Source: Eledone cirrhosa
Lineage: Eukaryota
Assembly: GCA_964016885.1 (NCBI GenBank)
Contig: OZ024741.1
Span: 279,186,001 to 279,250,000, forward strand
Direction: 5' to 3'
DNA length: 64,000 bases
The translations under genes and the position numbers were made by a program. Under the pieces are notes generated by a model that was not told the origin of the DNA, searched no databases, and saw nothing but the letters and a program-made list of their open reading frames with translations. Positions 14,801-29,800 of the stretch are shown piece after piece; positions within the stretch are counted from its first letter, which is position 1, and every line of letters begins with the position of its first letter.

Positions 14801-17800
14801 ACTGGCTGTAGTTGTGGGTTATCTACTGTAGGTGACATTACACTGGCTGTAGTTGTGAGTTATCTACTGTAGGTGACACTACACTAGCTGTAGTTGTGGG
14901 TTATCTACTGTAGGTGACACTACACTGGCTGTAGTTGCGGGTTATCTACTGTAGGTGACACTGGCCTGGCTGTAGCTGTGGGTTATCTACTGTAGGTGAC
15001 ACTACACTGGCTGTAGCTGTGGGTTATCTACTGTAGGTGACACTACACTAGCTGTAGTTGTGGGTTATCTATTGTAGGTGACACTGGCCTGGCTGTAGTT
15101 GTGAGTTATCTACTCTAGGTGACACTACACTGGCTGTAGTTGTGAGTTATCTACTGTAGGTGACACTGGCCTGGCTGTAGTTGTGAGTTATCTACTGTAG
15201 GTGACACTACACTGGCTGTAATTGTGGGTTATCTATTGTAGGTGACACTGGCCTGGCTGTAGTTGTGAGTTATCTACTGTAGGTGACACTACACTGGCTG
15301 TAGTTGTGAGTTATCTACTGTAGGTGACACTGGCCTGGCTGTAGTTGTGAGTTATCTACTGTAGGTGACACTACACTGGCTGTAATTGTGGGTTATCTAC
15401 TGTAGGTGACATTGGCCTGGCTGTAGTTGTGGGTTATCTACAGTAGGTGACACTACACTAGCTGTAGTTGTGGGTTATCTACTGTAGGTGACACTACACT
15501 GGCTGTAGTTGTGGGTTATCTACTGTAGGTGACATTGGCCTGGCTGTAGTTGTGGGTTATCTACTGTAGGTGACACTACACTGGCTGTAGTTGTGGGTTA
15601 TCTACTGTAGGTGACATTGGCCTGGCTGTAGTTGTGGGTTATCTACTGTAGGTGACACTACACTGGCTGTAGTTGTGGGTTATCTACTGTAGGTGACATT
15701 GGCCTGGCTGTAGTTGTGGGTTATTTACTGTAGGTGACTCTACACTGGCTGTAGTTGTGGGTTATCTACTGTAGGTGACACTACACTGGCTGTAATTGTG
15801 GGTTATCTACTGTAGGTGACACTACACTAGCTGTAGTTGTGGGTTATCTACTGTAGGTGACACTGGCCTGGCTGATGTTGTGAGTTATCTACTGTAGGTG
15901 ACATTGGCCTGGCTGTAGTTGTGGGTTATCTACTGTAGGTGACACTACACTGGCTGTAATTGTGGGTTATCTACTGTAGGTGACACTACACTAGCTGTAG
16001 TTGTGAGTTATCTACTGTAGGTGACACTGGCCTGGCTGTAGTTGTGAGTTATCTACTGTAGGTGACACTACACTGGCTGTAATTGTGGGTTATCTACTGT
16101 AGGTGACATTGGCCTGGCTGTAGTTGTGGGTTATCTACTGTAGGTGACACTACTCTAGCTGTAGTTGTGGGTTATCTACTGTAGGTGACACTGGCCTGGC
16201 TGTCGTTGTGGGTTATCTACTGTAGGTGACACTACTCTAGCTGTAGTTGTGGGTTATCTACTGTAGGTGACACTGGCCTGGCTGTAGTTGTGGGTTATCT
16301 ACTGTAGGTGACACTACACTAGCTGTAGTTGTGGGTTATCTACTGTAGATGACACTACAGTGGCTGTAGTTGTGGGTTATCTACTGTAGGTGACACTGGC
16401 CTGGCTGTAGTTGTGAGTTATCTACTGTAGGTGACACTACACTGGCTGTAATTGTGGGTTATCTACTGTAGGTGACACTACACTAGCTGTAGTTGTGGGT
16501 TATCTACTGTAGGTGACACCACACTGGCTGTAGTTGTGAGTTATCTACTGTTCGTGACACTACACTGGCTGTAGTTGTGGGTTATCTACTGTAGGTGACA
16601 CCACACTAGCTGTAGTTGTGGGTTATCTACTGTAGATGACACTACACTGGCTGTAGTTGTGGGTTATCTACTGTAGGTGACACTGGCCTGGCTGTAGTTG
16701 TGAGTTATCTACTGTAGGTGACACTACACTAGCTGTAATTGTGGGGTATCTACTGTAGGTGACACTACACTGGCTGTAGCTGTGGGTTATCTACTGTAGG
16801 TGACACTACACTGGCTGTAGCTGTGGGTTATCTACTGTAGGTGACACTACACTGGGTGTAGTTTTCGGTTATCTACTGTAGGTGACACCACACTGGCTGT
16901 AGTTGTGAGTTATCTACTGTTGGTGACACTACACTGGCTGTAGTTGTGGGTTATCTACTGTAGGTGACATCACACTGGCTGTAGTTGTGAGTTATCTACT
17001 GTAGGTGACACTGGACTGGCTGTAGTTGCGGGTTATCTACTGTAGGTGACACTACACTGGCTGTAGCTGTGGGTTATCTACTGTAGGTGACACTACACTG
17101 GCTGTAGTTGTGGGTTATCTACTGTAGGTGAAACTACACTAACTGTAGCTGTGGGTTATCTACTGTAGGGGACACTACACTGGTTATAGTTGTGAGTTAT
17201 CTACTGTAGGTGACACTACACTGGCTGTAGTCGTGGGTTATCTACTGTAGGTGACACTGGCCTGGCTGTAGTTGTGGGTTATCTACTGTAGGTGACATTA
17301 CACTGGCTGTAGTTGTGAGTTATCTACTGTAGGTGACACTGGCCTGGCTGTAGTTGTGGGTTATCTACTGTAGGTGACACTGGCCTGGCTGTAGTTGTGG
17401 GTTATCTACTGTAGGTGACACTGGCCGGGCTGTAGTTGTGGGTTATCTACTGTAGGTGACACTGGCCTGGCTGTAGTTGTGGGTTATCTACTGTAGGTGA
17501 CACTGGCCTGGCTGTAGTTGCGGGTTATCTACTGTAGGTGACACTGGCCTGGCTGTAGTTGTGAGTTATCTACTGTAGGTGACATCACACTGGCTGTAGT
17601 TGTGAGTTATCTACTGTAGGTGACATCACACTGGCTGTAGTTGTGAGTTATCTACTGTAGGTGACACTACACTGGCTGTAGTTGTGAGTTATCTACTGTA
17701 GGTGACATTACACTGGCTGTAGTTGTGAGTCATCTACTGTAGGTGACACCACACTGGCTGTAGCTGTGCGTTATCTACTGTAGGTGACACTACACTAGCT

Positions 17801-20800
17801 GTAGTTGTGGGTTATCTATTGTAGGTGACACTGGCCTGGCTGTAGTTGTGAGTTATCTACTGTAGGTGACACTACACTGGCTGTAGTGGTGGGTTATCTA
17901 CTGTAGGTGACACTACACTGGCTGTAGTTGTGGGTTATCTACTGTAGCTGACACTGGCCTGGCTGTAGTTGTGGGTTATCTACTGTAGGTGACACTACAC
18001 TGGCTGTAGCTGTGGGTTATCTACTGTAGGTGACACTGGCCTGGCTGTAGTTGTGGGTTATCTACTGTAGGTGACACTACACTGGCTGTAGCTGTGGGTT
18101 ATCTACTGTAGGTGACACTGGCCTGGCTGTAATTGTGGGTTATCTACTGTAGGTGACACTGGCCTGGCTGTAGTTGTGAGTTATCTACTGTAGGTGACAC
18201 TACACTGGCTGTAGTTGTGGGTTATCTACTGTAGGTGACATTACACTGGCTGTAGTTGTGAGTTATCTACTGTAGGTGACACTGGCCTGGCTGTAGTTGC
18301 GGGTTATCTACTGTAGGTGACACTGGCCTGGCTGTAGCTGTGGGTTATCTACTGTAGGTGACACTACACTGGCTGTAGCTGTGGGTTATCTACTGTAGGT
18401 GACACTACACTAGCTGTAGTTGTGGGTTATCTATTGTAGGTGACACTGGCCTGGCTGTAGTTGTGAGTTATCTACTGTAGGTGACACTACACTGGCTGTA
18501 GTTGTGAGTTATCTACTGTAGGTGACACTGGCCTGGCTGTAGTTGTGAGTTATCTACTGTAGGTGACACTACACTGGCTGTAATTGTGGGTTATCTACTG
18601 TAGGTGACATTGGCCTGGCTGTAGTTGTGGGTTATCTACTGTAGGTGACACTACACTAGCTGTAGTTGTGGGTTATCTACTGTAGGTGACACTACACTAG
18701 CTGTAGTTGTGGGTTATCTACTGTAGGTGCCACCACACTGGCTGTCGTTGTGAGTTATCTACTGTTGGTGACACTACACTGGCTGTAGTTGTGGGTTATC
18801 TACTGTAGGTGACACCACACTAGCTGTAGTTGTGGGTTATCTACTGTAGATGACACTACACTGGCTGTAGTTGTGGGTTATCTACTGTAGGTGACACTAC
18901 ACTGGCAGTAGCTGTGGGTTATCTACTGTAGGTGACATCACACTGGCTGTAGTTGTGGGTTATCTACTGTAGGTGACACTGGCCTGGCTGTAGTTGTGAG
19001 TTATCTACTGTAGGTGACACTGGCCTGGCTGTAGTTGTGAGTTATCTACTGTAGGTGACACTACACTGGCTGTAATTGTAGGTTATCTACTGTAGGTGAC
19101 ACCACACTGGCTGTAGTTGTGAGTTATCTACTGTAGGTGACACTGGCCTGGCTGTAGTTGTGAGTTATCTACTGTAGGTGACACTACACTGGCTGTAGTT
19201 GTGGGTTATCTACTGTAGGTGACATCACACTGGCTGTAGTTGTGGGTTATCTATTGTAGGTGACACTACACTAGCTGTAATTGTGGGGTATCTACTGTAG
19301 GTGACACTACACTGGCTGTAGCTGTGGGTTATCTACTGTAGGTGACACTACACTGGCAGTAGCTGTGGGTTATCTACTGTAGGTGACATCACACTGGCTG
19401 TAGTTGTGAGGTATCTACTGTAGGTGACACTACACTGGCTGTAGTTGTGAGTTGTCTACTGTAGGTGACATTACACTGGCTGTAGTTGTGAGTTATCTAC
19501 TGTAGGTGACACCACACTGGCTGTAGTTGTGAGTTATCTACTGTAGGTGACACCACACTGGCTGTAGTTGTGAGTTATCTACTGTAGGTGACACTACACT
19601 GGCTGTAGTTGTGGGTTATCTACTGTAGGTGACACTACACTGGCTGTAGCTGTTTTGTTATCTACTGTAGGTGACACTACACTAGCTGTAGTTGTGGGTT
19701 ATCTACTGTAGGTGACACTACACTAGCTGTAGTTGTGGGTTATCTACTGTAGGTGACATTACACTGGCTGTAGTTGTGGGTTATCTACTGTAGGTGACAC
19801 TACACTAGCTGTAGCTGTGGGTTATCTACTGTAGGGGACACTACACTGGTTATAGTTGTGAGTTATCTACTGTAGGTGACACTGGCCAGGCTGTAGTTGT
19901 GGGTTATCTACTGTAGGTGACACTGGCCTGGCTGTAGTTGTGAGTTATCTACTGTAGGTGACACTGGCCTGGCTGTAGTTGTGGGTTATCTACTGTAGGT
20001 GAAACTACACTAACTGTAGCTGTGGGTTATCTACTGTAGGGGACACTACACTGGTTATAGTTGTGAGTTATCTACTGTAGGTGACACTACACTGGCTGTA
20101 GTCGTGGGTTATCTACTGTAGGTGACACTGGCCTGGCTGTAGTTGTGGGTTATCTACTGTAGGTGACATTACACTGGCTGTAGTTGTGAGTTATCTACTG
20201 TAGGTGACACTGGCCTGGCTGTAGTTGCGGGTTATCTACTGTAGGTGACAATGGCCTGGCTGTAGTTGCGGGTTATCTACTGTAGGTGACACTGGCCTGG
20301 CTGTAGTTGTGAGTTATCTACTGTAGGTGACACCACACTGGCTGTAGTTGTGAGTTATCTACTGTAGGTGACACTGGCCTGGCTGTAGTTGCGGGTTATC
20401 TACTGTAGGTGACACTGGCCTGGCTGTAGTTGTGAGTTGTCTACTGTAGGTGACATTACACTAGCTGTAGTTGTGAGTTATCTACTGTAGGTGACACCAC
20501 ACTGGCTGTAGTTGTGAGTTATCTACTGTAGGTGACACTACACTGGCTGTAGTTGTGGGTTATCTACTGTAGGTGACACTACACTGGCTGTAGCTGTTTT
20601 GTTATCTACTGTAGGTGACACTACACTGGCTGTAGTTGTGGGTTATCTACTGTAGGTGACATTGGCCTGGCTGTAGTTGTGAGTTATCTACTGTAGGTGA
20701 CACTACACTAGCTGTAGCTGTGGGTTATCTACTGTAGGTGACACTACACTGGTAGTAGTTGTGGGTTATCTACTGTAGGTGACACTACACTGGCTGTAAT

Positions 20801-23800
20801 TGTGGGTTATCTACTGTAGGTGACACTGGCCTGGCTGTAGTTGTGTGTTATCTACTGTAGGTGACACTACACTAGCTGTAGTTGTGGGTTATCTACTGTA
20901 GGTGACACTGGCCTGGCTGTAGTTGTGGGTTATCTACTGTAGGTGACACTACACTGGCTGTAATTGTGGGTTATCTACTGTAGATGACACTACACTGGCT
21001 GTAGCTGTGGGTTATCTACTGTAGGTGACACTACACTGGCTGTAGCTGTGGGTTATCTACTGTAGGTGACACTACACTGGCTGTAGCTGTGGGTTATCTA
21101 CTGTAGGTGACACTACACTAGCTGTAGCTGTTGGCTATCTACTGTAGGTGACACTACACTGGCTGTAGCTGTGGGTTATCTACTGTAGGTGACACTACAC
21201 TGGCTGTAGTTGTGGGTTATCTACTGTAGGTGACACTGGCCTGGCTGTAGTTGTGGGTTATCTACTGTAGGTGACACCACACTGGCTGTAGTTGTGAGTT
21301 ATCTACTGTAGGTGACACTGGCCTGGCTGTAGTTGTGAGTTATCTACTGTAGGTGACACTACACTGGCTGTAGTTGTGGGTTATCTACTGTAGGTGACAT
21401 CACACTGGCTGTAGTTGTGGGTTATCTATTGTAGGTGACACTACACTAGCTGTAATTGTGGGGTATCTACTGTAGGTGACACTACACTGGCTGTAGCTGT
21501 GGGTTATCTACTGTAGGTGACACTACACTGGCAGTAGCTGTGGGTTATCTACTGTAGGTGACATCACACTGGCTGTAGTTGTGAGGTATCTACTGTAAGT
21601 GACACTACACTGGCTGTAGTTGTGAGTTGTCTACTGTAGGTGACATTACACTGGCTGTAGTTGTGAGTTATCTACTGTAGGTGACACCACACTGGCTGTA
21701 GTTGTGAGTTATCTACTGTAGGTGACACCACACTGGCTGTAGTTGTGAGTTATCTACTGTAGGTGACACTACACTGGCTGTAGTTGTGGGTTATCTACTG
21801 TAGGTGACACTACACTGGCTGTAGCTGTTTTGTTATCTACTGTAGGTGACACTACACTAGCTGTAGTTGTGGGTTATCTACTGTAGGTGACACTACACTA
21901 GCTGTAGTTGTGGGTTATCTACTGTAGGTGACATTACACTGGCTGTAGTTGTGGGTTATCTACTGTAGGTGACACTACACTAGCTGTAGCTGTGGGTTAT
22001 CTACTGTAGGGGACACTACACTGGTTATAGTTGTGAGTTATCTACTGTAGGTGACACTGGCCAGGCTGTAGTTGTGGGTTATCTACTGTAGGTGACACTG
22101 GCCTGGCTGTAGTTGTGAGTTATCTACTGTAGGTGACACTGGCCTGGCTGTAGTTGTGGGTTATCTACTGTAGGTGAAACTACACTAACTGTAGCTGTGG
22201 GTTATCTACTGTAGGGGACACTACACTGGTTATAGTTGTGAGTTATCTACTGTAGGTGACACTACACTGGCTGTAGTCGTGGGTTATCTACTGTAGGTGA
22301 CACTGGCCTGGCTGTAGTTGTGGGTTATCTACTGTAGGTGACATTACACTGGCTGTAGTTGTGAGTTATCTACTGTAGGTGACACTGGCCTGGCTGTAGT
22401 TGCGGGTTATCTACTGTAGGTGACAATGGCCTGGCTGTAGTTGCGGGTTATCTACTGTAGGTGACACTGGCCTGGCTGTAGTTGTGAGTTATCTACTGTA
22501 GGTGACACCACACTGGCTGTAGTTGTGAGTTATCTACTGTAGGTGACACTGGCCTGGCTGTAGTTGCGGGTTATCTACTGTAGGTGACACTGGCCTGGCT
22601 GTAGTTGTGAGTTGTCTACTGTAGGTGACATTACACTAGCTGTAGTTGTGAGTTATCTACTGTAGGTGACACCACACTGGCTGTAGTTGTGAGTTATCTA
22701 CTGTAGGTGACACTACACTGGCTGTAGTTGTGGGTTATCTACTGTAGGTGACACTACACTGGCTGTAGCTGTTTTGTTATCTACTGTAGGTGACACTACA
22801 CTGGCTGTAGTTGTGGGTTATCTACTGTAGGTGACATTGGCCTGGCTGTAGTTGTGAGTTATCTACTGTAGGTGACACTACACTAGCTGTAGCTGTGGGT
22901 TATCTACTGTAGGTGACACTACACTGGTAGTAGTTGTGGGTTATCTACTGTAGGTGACACTACACTGGCTGTAATTGTGGGTTATCTACTGTAGGTGACA
23001 CTGGCCTGGCTGTAGTTGTGTGTTATCTACTGTAGGTGACACTACACTAGCTGTAGTTGTGGGTTATCTACTGTAGGTGACACTGGCCTGGCTGTAGTTG
23101 TGGGTTATCTACTGTAGGTGACACTACACTGGCTGTAATTGTGGGTTATCTACTGTAGATGACACTACACTGGCTGTAGCTGTGGGTTATCTACTGTAGG
23201 TGACACTACACTGGCTGTAGCTGTGGGTTATCTACTGTAGGTGACACTACACTGGCTGTAGCTGTGGGTTATCTACTGTAGGTGACACTACACTAGCTGT
23301 AGCTGTTGGCTATCTACTGTAGGTGACACTACACTGGCTGTAGCTGTGGGTTATCTACTGTAGGTGACACTACACTGGCTGTAGTTGTGGGTTATCTACT
23401 GTAGGTGACACTGGCCTGGCTGTAGTTGTGGGTTATCTACTGTAGGTGACACCACACTGGCTGTAGTTGTGAGTTATCTACTGTAGGTGACACTGGCCTG
23501 GCTGTAGTTGTGAGTTATCTACTGTAGGTGACACTACACTGGCTGTAGTTGTGGGTTATCTACTGTAGGTGACATCACACTGGCTGTAGTTGTGGGTTAT
23601 CTATTGTAGGTGACACTACACTAGCTGTAATTGTGGGGTATCTACTGTAGGTGACACTACACTGGCTGTAGCTGTGGGTTATCTACTGTAGGTGACACTA
23701 CACTGGCAGTAGCTGTGGGTTATCTACTGTAGGTGACATCACACTGGCTGTAGTTGTGAGGTATCTACTGTAGGTGACACTACACTGGCTGTAGTTGTGA

Positions 23801-26800
23801 GTTGTCTACTGTAGGTGACATTACACTGGCTGTAGTTGTGAGTTATCTACTGTAGGTGACACCACACTGGCTGTAGTTGTGAGTTATCTACTGTAGGTGA
23901 CACCACACTGGCTGTAGTTGTGAGTTATCTACTGTAGGTGACACTACACTGGCTGTAGTTGTGGGTTATCTACTGTAGGTGACACTACACTGGCTGTAGC
24001 TGTTTTGTTATCTACTGTAGGTGACACTACACTAGCTGTAGTTGTGGGTTATCTACTGTAGGTGACACTACACTAGCTGTAGTTGTGGGTTATCTACTGT
24101 AGGTGACATTACACTGGCTGTAGTTGTGGGTTATCTACTGTAGGTGACACTACACTAGCTGTAGCTGTGGGTTATCTACTGTAGGGGACACTACACTGGT
24201 TATAGTTGTGAGTTATCTACTGTAGGTGACACTGGCCAGGCTGTAGTTGTGGGTTATCTACTGTAGGTGACACTGGCCTGGCTGTAGTTGTGAGTTATCT
24301 ACTGTAGGTGACACTGGCCTGGCTGTAGTTGTGGGTTATCTACTGTAGGTGAAACTACACTAACTGTAGCTGTGGGTTATCTACTGTAGGGGACACTACA
24401 CTGGTTATAGTTGTGAGTTATCTACTGTAGGTGACACTACACTGGCTGTAGTCGTGGGTTATCTACTGTAGGTGACACTGGCCTGGCTGTAGTTGTGGGT
24501 TATCTACTGTAGGTGACATTACACTGGCTGTAGTTGTGAGTTATCTACTGTAGGTGACACTGGCCTGGCTGTAGTTGCGGGTTATCTACTGTAGGTGACA
24601 ATGGCCTGGCTGTAGTTGTGAGTTATCTACTGTAGGTGACACCACACTGGCTGTAGTTGTGAGTTATCTACTGTAGGTGACACTGGCCTGGCTGTAGTTG
24701 CGGGTTATCTACTGTAGGTGACACTGGCCTGGCTGTAGTTGTGAGTTGTCTACTGTAGGTGACATTACACTAGCTGTAGTTGTGAGTTATCTACTGTAGG
24801 TGACACTGGCCTGGCTGTAGTTGTGAGTTGTCTACTGTAGGTGACATTACACTAGCTGTAGTTGTGAGTTATCTACTGTAGGTGACACCACACTGGCTGT
24901 AGTTGTGAGTTATCTACTGTAGGTGACACTACACTGGCTGTAGTTGTGGGTTATCTACTGTAGGTGACACTACACTGGCTGTAGCTGTTTTGTTATCTAC
25001 TGTAGGTGACACTACACTGGCTGTAGTTGTGGGTTATCTACTGTAGGTGACATTGGCCTGGCTGTAGTTGTGAGTTATCTACTGTAGGTGACACTACACT
25101 AGCTGTAGCTGTGGGTTATCTACTGTAGGTGACACTACACTGGTAGTAGTTGTGGGTTATCTACTGTAGGTGACACTACACTGGCTGTAATTGTGGGTTA
25201 TCTACTGTAGGTGACACTGGCCTGGCTGTAGTTGTGTGTTATCTACTGTAGGTGACACTACACTAGCTGTAGTTGTGGGTTATCTACTGTAGGTGACACT
25301 GGCCTGGCTGTAGTTGTGGGTTATCTACTGTAGGTGACACTACACTGGCTGTAATTGTGGGTTATCTACTGTAGATGACACTACACTGGCTGTAGCTGTG
25401 GGTTATCTACTGTAGGTGACACTACACTGGCTGTAGCTGTGGGTTATCTACTGTAGGTGACACTACACTGGCTGTAGCTGTGGGTTATCTACTGTAGGTG
25501 ACACTACACTAGCTGTAGCTGTTGGCTATCTACTGTAGGTGACACTACACTGGCTGTAGCTGTGGGTTATCTACTGTAGGTGACACTACACTGGCTGTAG
25601 TTGTGGGTTATCTACTGTAGGTGACACTGGCCTGGCTGTAGTTGTGGGTTATCTACTGTAGGTGACACTACACTGGCTGTAATTGTGGGTTATCTACTGT
25701 AGGTGACACTGGCCTGGCTGTAGTTGTGAGTTATCTACTGTAGGTGACACTACACTGGCTGTAGTTGTGGGTTATCTACTGTAGGTGACATTACACTGGC
25801 TGTAGTTGTGGGTTATCTACTGTAGGTGACACTACACTGGCTGTAGTTGTGGGTTATCTACTGTAGGTGACACTACACTGGCTGTAGTTGTGGGTTATCT
25901 ACTGTAGGTGACATTACACTGGCTGTAGTTGTGAGTTATCTACTGTAGGTGACACTGGCCTGGCTGTAGTTGCGGGTTTATCTACTGTAGGTGACACTGG
26001 CCTGGCTGTAGCTGTGGGTTATCTACTGTAGGTGACACTACACTGGCTGTAGCTGTGGGTTATCTACTGTAGGTGACACTACACTAGCTGTAGTTGTGGG
26101 TTATCTATTGTAGGTGACACTGGCCTGGCTGTAGTTGTGAGTTATCTACTATAGGTGACACTACACTGGCTGTAGTTGTGAGTTATCTACTGTAGGTGAC
26201 ATTGGCCTGGCTGTAGTTGTGGGTTATCTACTGTAGATGACACTACACAGGCTGTAGTTGTGGGTTATCTACTGTAGGTGACACTACACTAGCTGTAGTT
26301 GTGGGTTATCTACTGTAGGTGACAGTACACTGGCTGAAAGTGTGGGTTATCTACTGTAGGTGACACTACACTAGCTGCAGTTGTGAGTTATCTACTGTAG
26401 GTGACACTGGCCTGGCTGTAGTTGTGAGTTATCTACTGTAGGTGACACTACACTGGCTGTAGTTGTGGGTTATCTACTGTAGGTGACATTGGTCTGGCTG
26501 TAGTTGTGGGTTATCTACTGTAGGTGACACTACTCTAGCTGTAGTTGTGGGTTATCTACTGTAGGTGACACTGGCCTGGCTGTAGTTGTGGGTTATCTAC
26601 TGTAGATGACACTACACTGGCTGTAGTTGTGGGTTATCTACTGTAGGTGACACTGGCCTGGCTGTAGTTGTGAGTTATCTACTGTAGGTGACACTACACT
26701 GGCTGTAATTGTGGGTTACCTACTGTAGGTGACACTACACTAGCTGTAGTTGTGGGTTATCTACTGTAGGTGACACCACACTGGCTGTAGTTGTGAGTTA

Positions 26801-29800
26801 TCTACTGTTGGTGACACTACACTGGCTGTAGTTGTGGGTTATCTACTGTAGGTGACACCACACTAGCTGTAGTTGTGGGTTATCTACTGTAGATGACACT
26901 ACACTGGCTGTAGTTGTGGGTTATCTACTGTAGGTGACACTGGCCTGGCTGTAGTTGTGAGTTATCTACTGTAGGTGACACTACACTGGCTGTAATTGTA
27001 GGTTATCTACTGTAGGTGACACCACACTGGCTGTAGTTGTGAGTTATCTACTGTTGGTGACACTACACTGGCTGTAGTTGTGGGTTATCTACTGTAGGTG
27101 ACACTGGCCTGGCTGTAGTTGTGGGTTATCTACTGTAGGTGACACTACACTGGCTGTAGCTGTGGGTTATCTACTGTAGGTGACACTACACTGGGTGTAG
27201 TTTTGGGTTATCTACTGTAGGTGACACCACACTGGCTGTAGTTGTGAGTTATCTACTCTTGGTGACACTACACTAGCTGTAGTTGTGGGTCATCTACTGT
27301 AGGTGACATCACACTGGCTGTAGTTGTGAGGTATCTACTGTAGGTGACACTACACTGGCTGTAGTTGTGAGTTGTCTACTGTAGGTGACATTACACTGGC
27401 TGTAGTTGTGAGTTATCTACTGTAGGTGACACCACACTGGCTGTAGTTGTGAGTTATCTACTGTAGGTGACACTACACTGGCTGTAGTTGTGGGTTATCT
27501 ACTGTAGGTGACACTACACTGGCTGTAGCTGTTTGGTTATCTACTGTAGGTGACACTACACTAGCTGTAGTTGTGGGTTATCTACTGTAGGTGACACTAC
27601 ACTAGCTGTAGTTGTGGGTTATCTACTGTAGGTGACATTACACTGGCTGTAGTTGTGGGTTATCTACTGTAGGTGACACTACACTAGCTGTAGCTGTGGG
27701 TTATCTACTGTAGGGGACACTACACTGGTTATAGTTGTGAGTTATCTACTGTAGGTGACACTGGCCTGGCTGTAGTTGTGGGTTATCTACTGTAGGTGAC
27801 ACTGGCCTGGCTGTAGTTGTGAGTTATCTACTGTAGGTGACACTGGCCTGGCTGTAGTTGTGGGTTATCTACTGTAGGTGACACTACACTGGTTATAGTT
27901 GTGAGTTATCTACTGTAGGTGACACTACACTGGCTGTAGTTGTGGGTTATCTACTGTAGGTGACACTGGCCTGGCTGTAGTTGTGGGTTATCTACTGTAG
28001 GTGACATTACACTGGCTGTAGTTGTGAGTTATCTACTGTAGGTGACACTGGCCTGGCTGTAGTTGCGGGTTATCTACTGTTTGTGACACTGGCCTGGCTG
28101 TAGTTGCGGGTTATCTACTGTAGGTGACACTGGCCTGGCTGTAGTTGTGAGTTATCTACTGTAGGTGACACTACACTGGCTGTAGTTGTAAGTTATCTAC
28201 TGTAGGTGACACTACACTGGCTGTAGTTGTGGGTTATCTACTGTAGGTGACATTACACTGGCTGTAGTTGTGGGTTATCTACTGTAGGTGACACTACACT
28301 AGCTGTAGCTGTGGGTTATCTACTGTAGGTGACATTGGCCTGGCTGTAGTTGTGAGTTATCTACTGTAGGTGACACTACACTAGCTGTAGCTGTGGGTTA
28401 TCTACTGTAGGTAACACTACACTGGCTGTAGTTGTGGGTTATCTACTGTAGGTGACATTACACTGGCTGTAGTTGTGGGTTATCTACTGTAGGTGACACT
28501 ACACTGGCTGTAGTTGTGGGTTATCTACTGTAGGTGACACTACACTGGCTGTAGTTGTGGGTTATCTACTGTAGGTGACATTACACTGGCTGTAGTTGTG
28601 AGTTATCTACTGTAGGTGATACTGGCCTGGCTGTAGTTGCGGGTTATCTACTGTAGGTGACACTGGCCTGGCTGTAGCTGTGGGTTATCTACTGTAGGTG
28701 ACACTACACTGGCTGTAGTTGTGGGTTATCTACTGTAGATGACACTACACTGGCTGTAGTTGTGGGTTATCTACTGTAGGTGACACTGGCCTGGCTGTAG
28801 TTGTGAGTTATCTACTATAGGTGACACTACACTGGCTGTAGTTGTGAGTTACCTACTGTAGGTGACACTACACTAGCTGTAGTTGTGGGTTATCTACTGT
28901 AGGTGACACCACACTGGCTGTAGTTGTGAGTTATCTACTGTTGGTGACACTACACTGGCTGTAGTTGTGGGTTATCTACTGTAGGTGACACCACACTAGC
29001 TGTAGTTGTGGGTTATCTACTGTAGATGACACTACACTGGCTGTAGTTGTGGGTTATCTACTGTAGGTGACACTGGCCTGGCTGTAGTTGTGAGTTATCT
29101 ACTGTAGGTGACACTACACTGGCTGTAATTGTAGGTTATCTACTGTAGGTGACACCACACTGGCTGTAGTTGTGAGTTATCTACTGTTGGTGACACTACA
29201 CTGGCTGTAGTTGTGGGTTATCTACTGTAGGTGACACTGGCCTGGCTGTAGTTGTGGGTTATCTACTGTAGGTGACACTACACTGGCTGTAGCTGTGGGT
29301 TATCTACTGTAGGTGACACTACACTGGGTGTAGTTTTGGGTTATCTACTGTAGGTGACACCACACTGGCTGTAGTTGTGAGTTATCTACTCTTGGTGACA
29401 CTACACTAGCTGTAGTTGTGGGTCATCTACTGTAGGTGACATCACACTGGCTGTAGTTGTGAGGTATCTACTGTAGGTGACACTACACTGGCTGTAGTTG
29501 TGAGTTGTCTACTGTAGGTGACATTACACTGGCTGTAGTTGTGAGTTATCTACTGTAGGTGACACCACACTGGCTGTAGTTGTGAGTTATCAACTGTAGG
29601 TGACACTACACTGGCTGTAGTTGTGGGTTATCTACTGTAGGTGACACTACACTGGCTGTAGCTGTTTGGTTATCTACTGTAGGTGACACTACACTAGCTG
29701 TAGTTGTGGGTTATCTACTGTAAGTGACACTACACTAGCTGTAGTTGTGGGTTATCTACTGTAGGTGACATTACACTGGCTGTAGTTGTGGGTTATCTAC

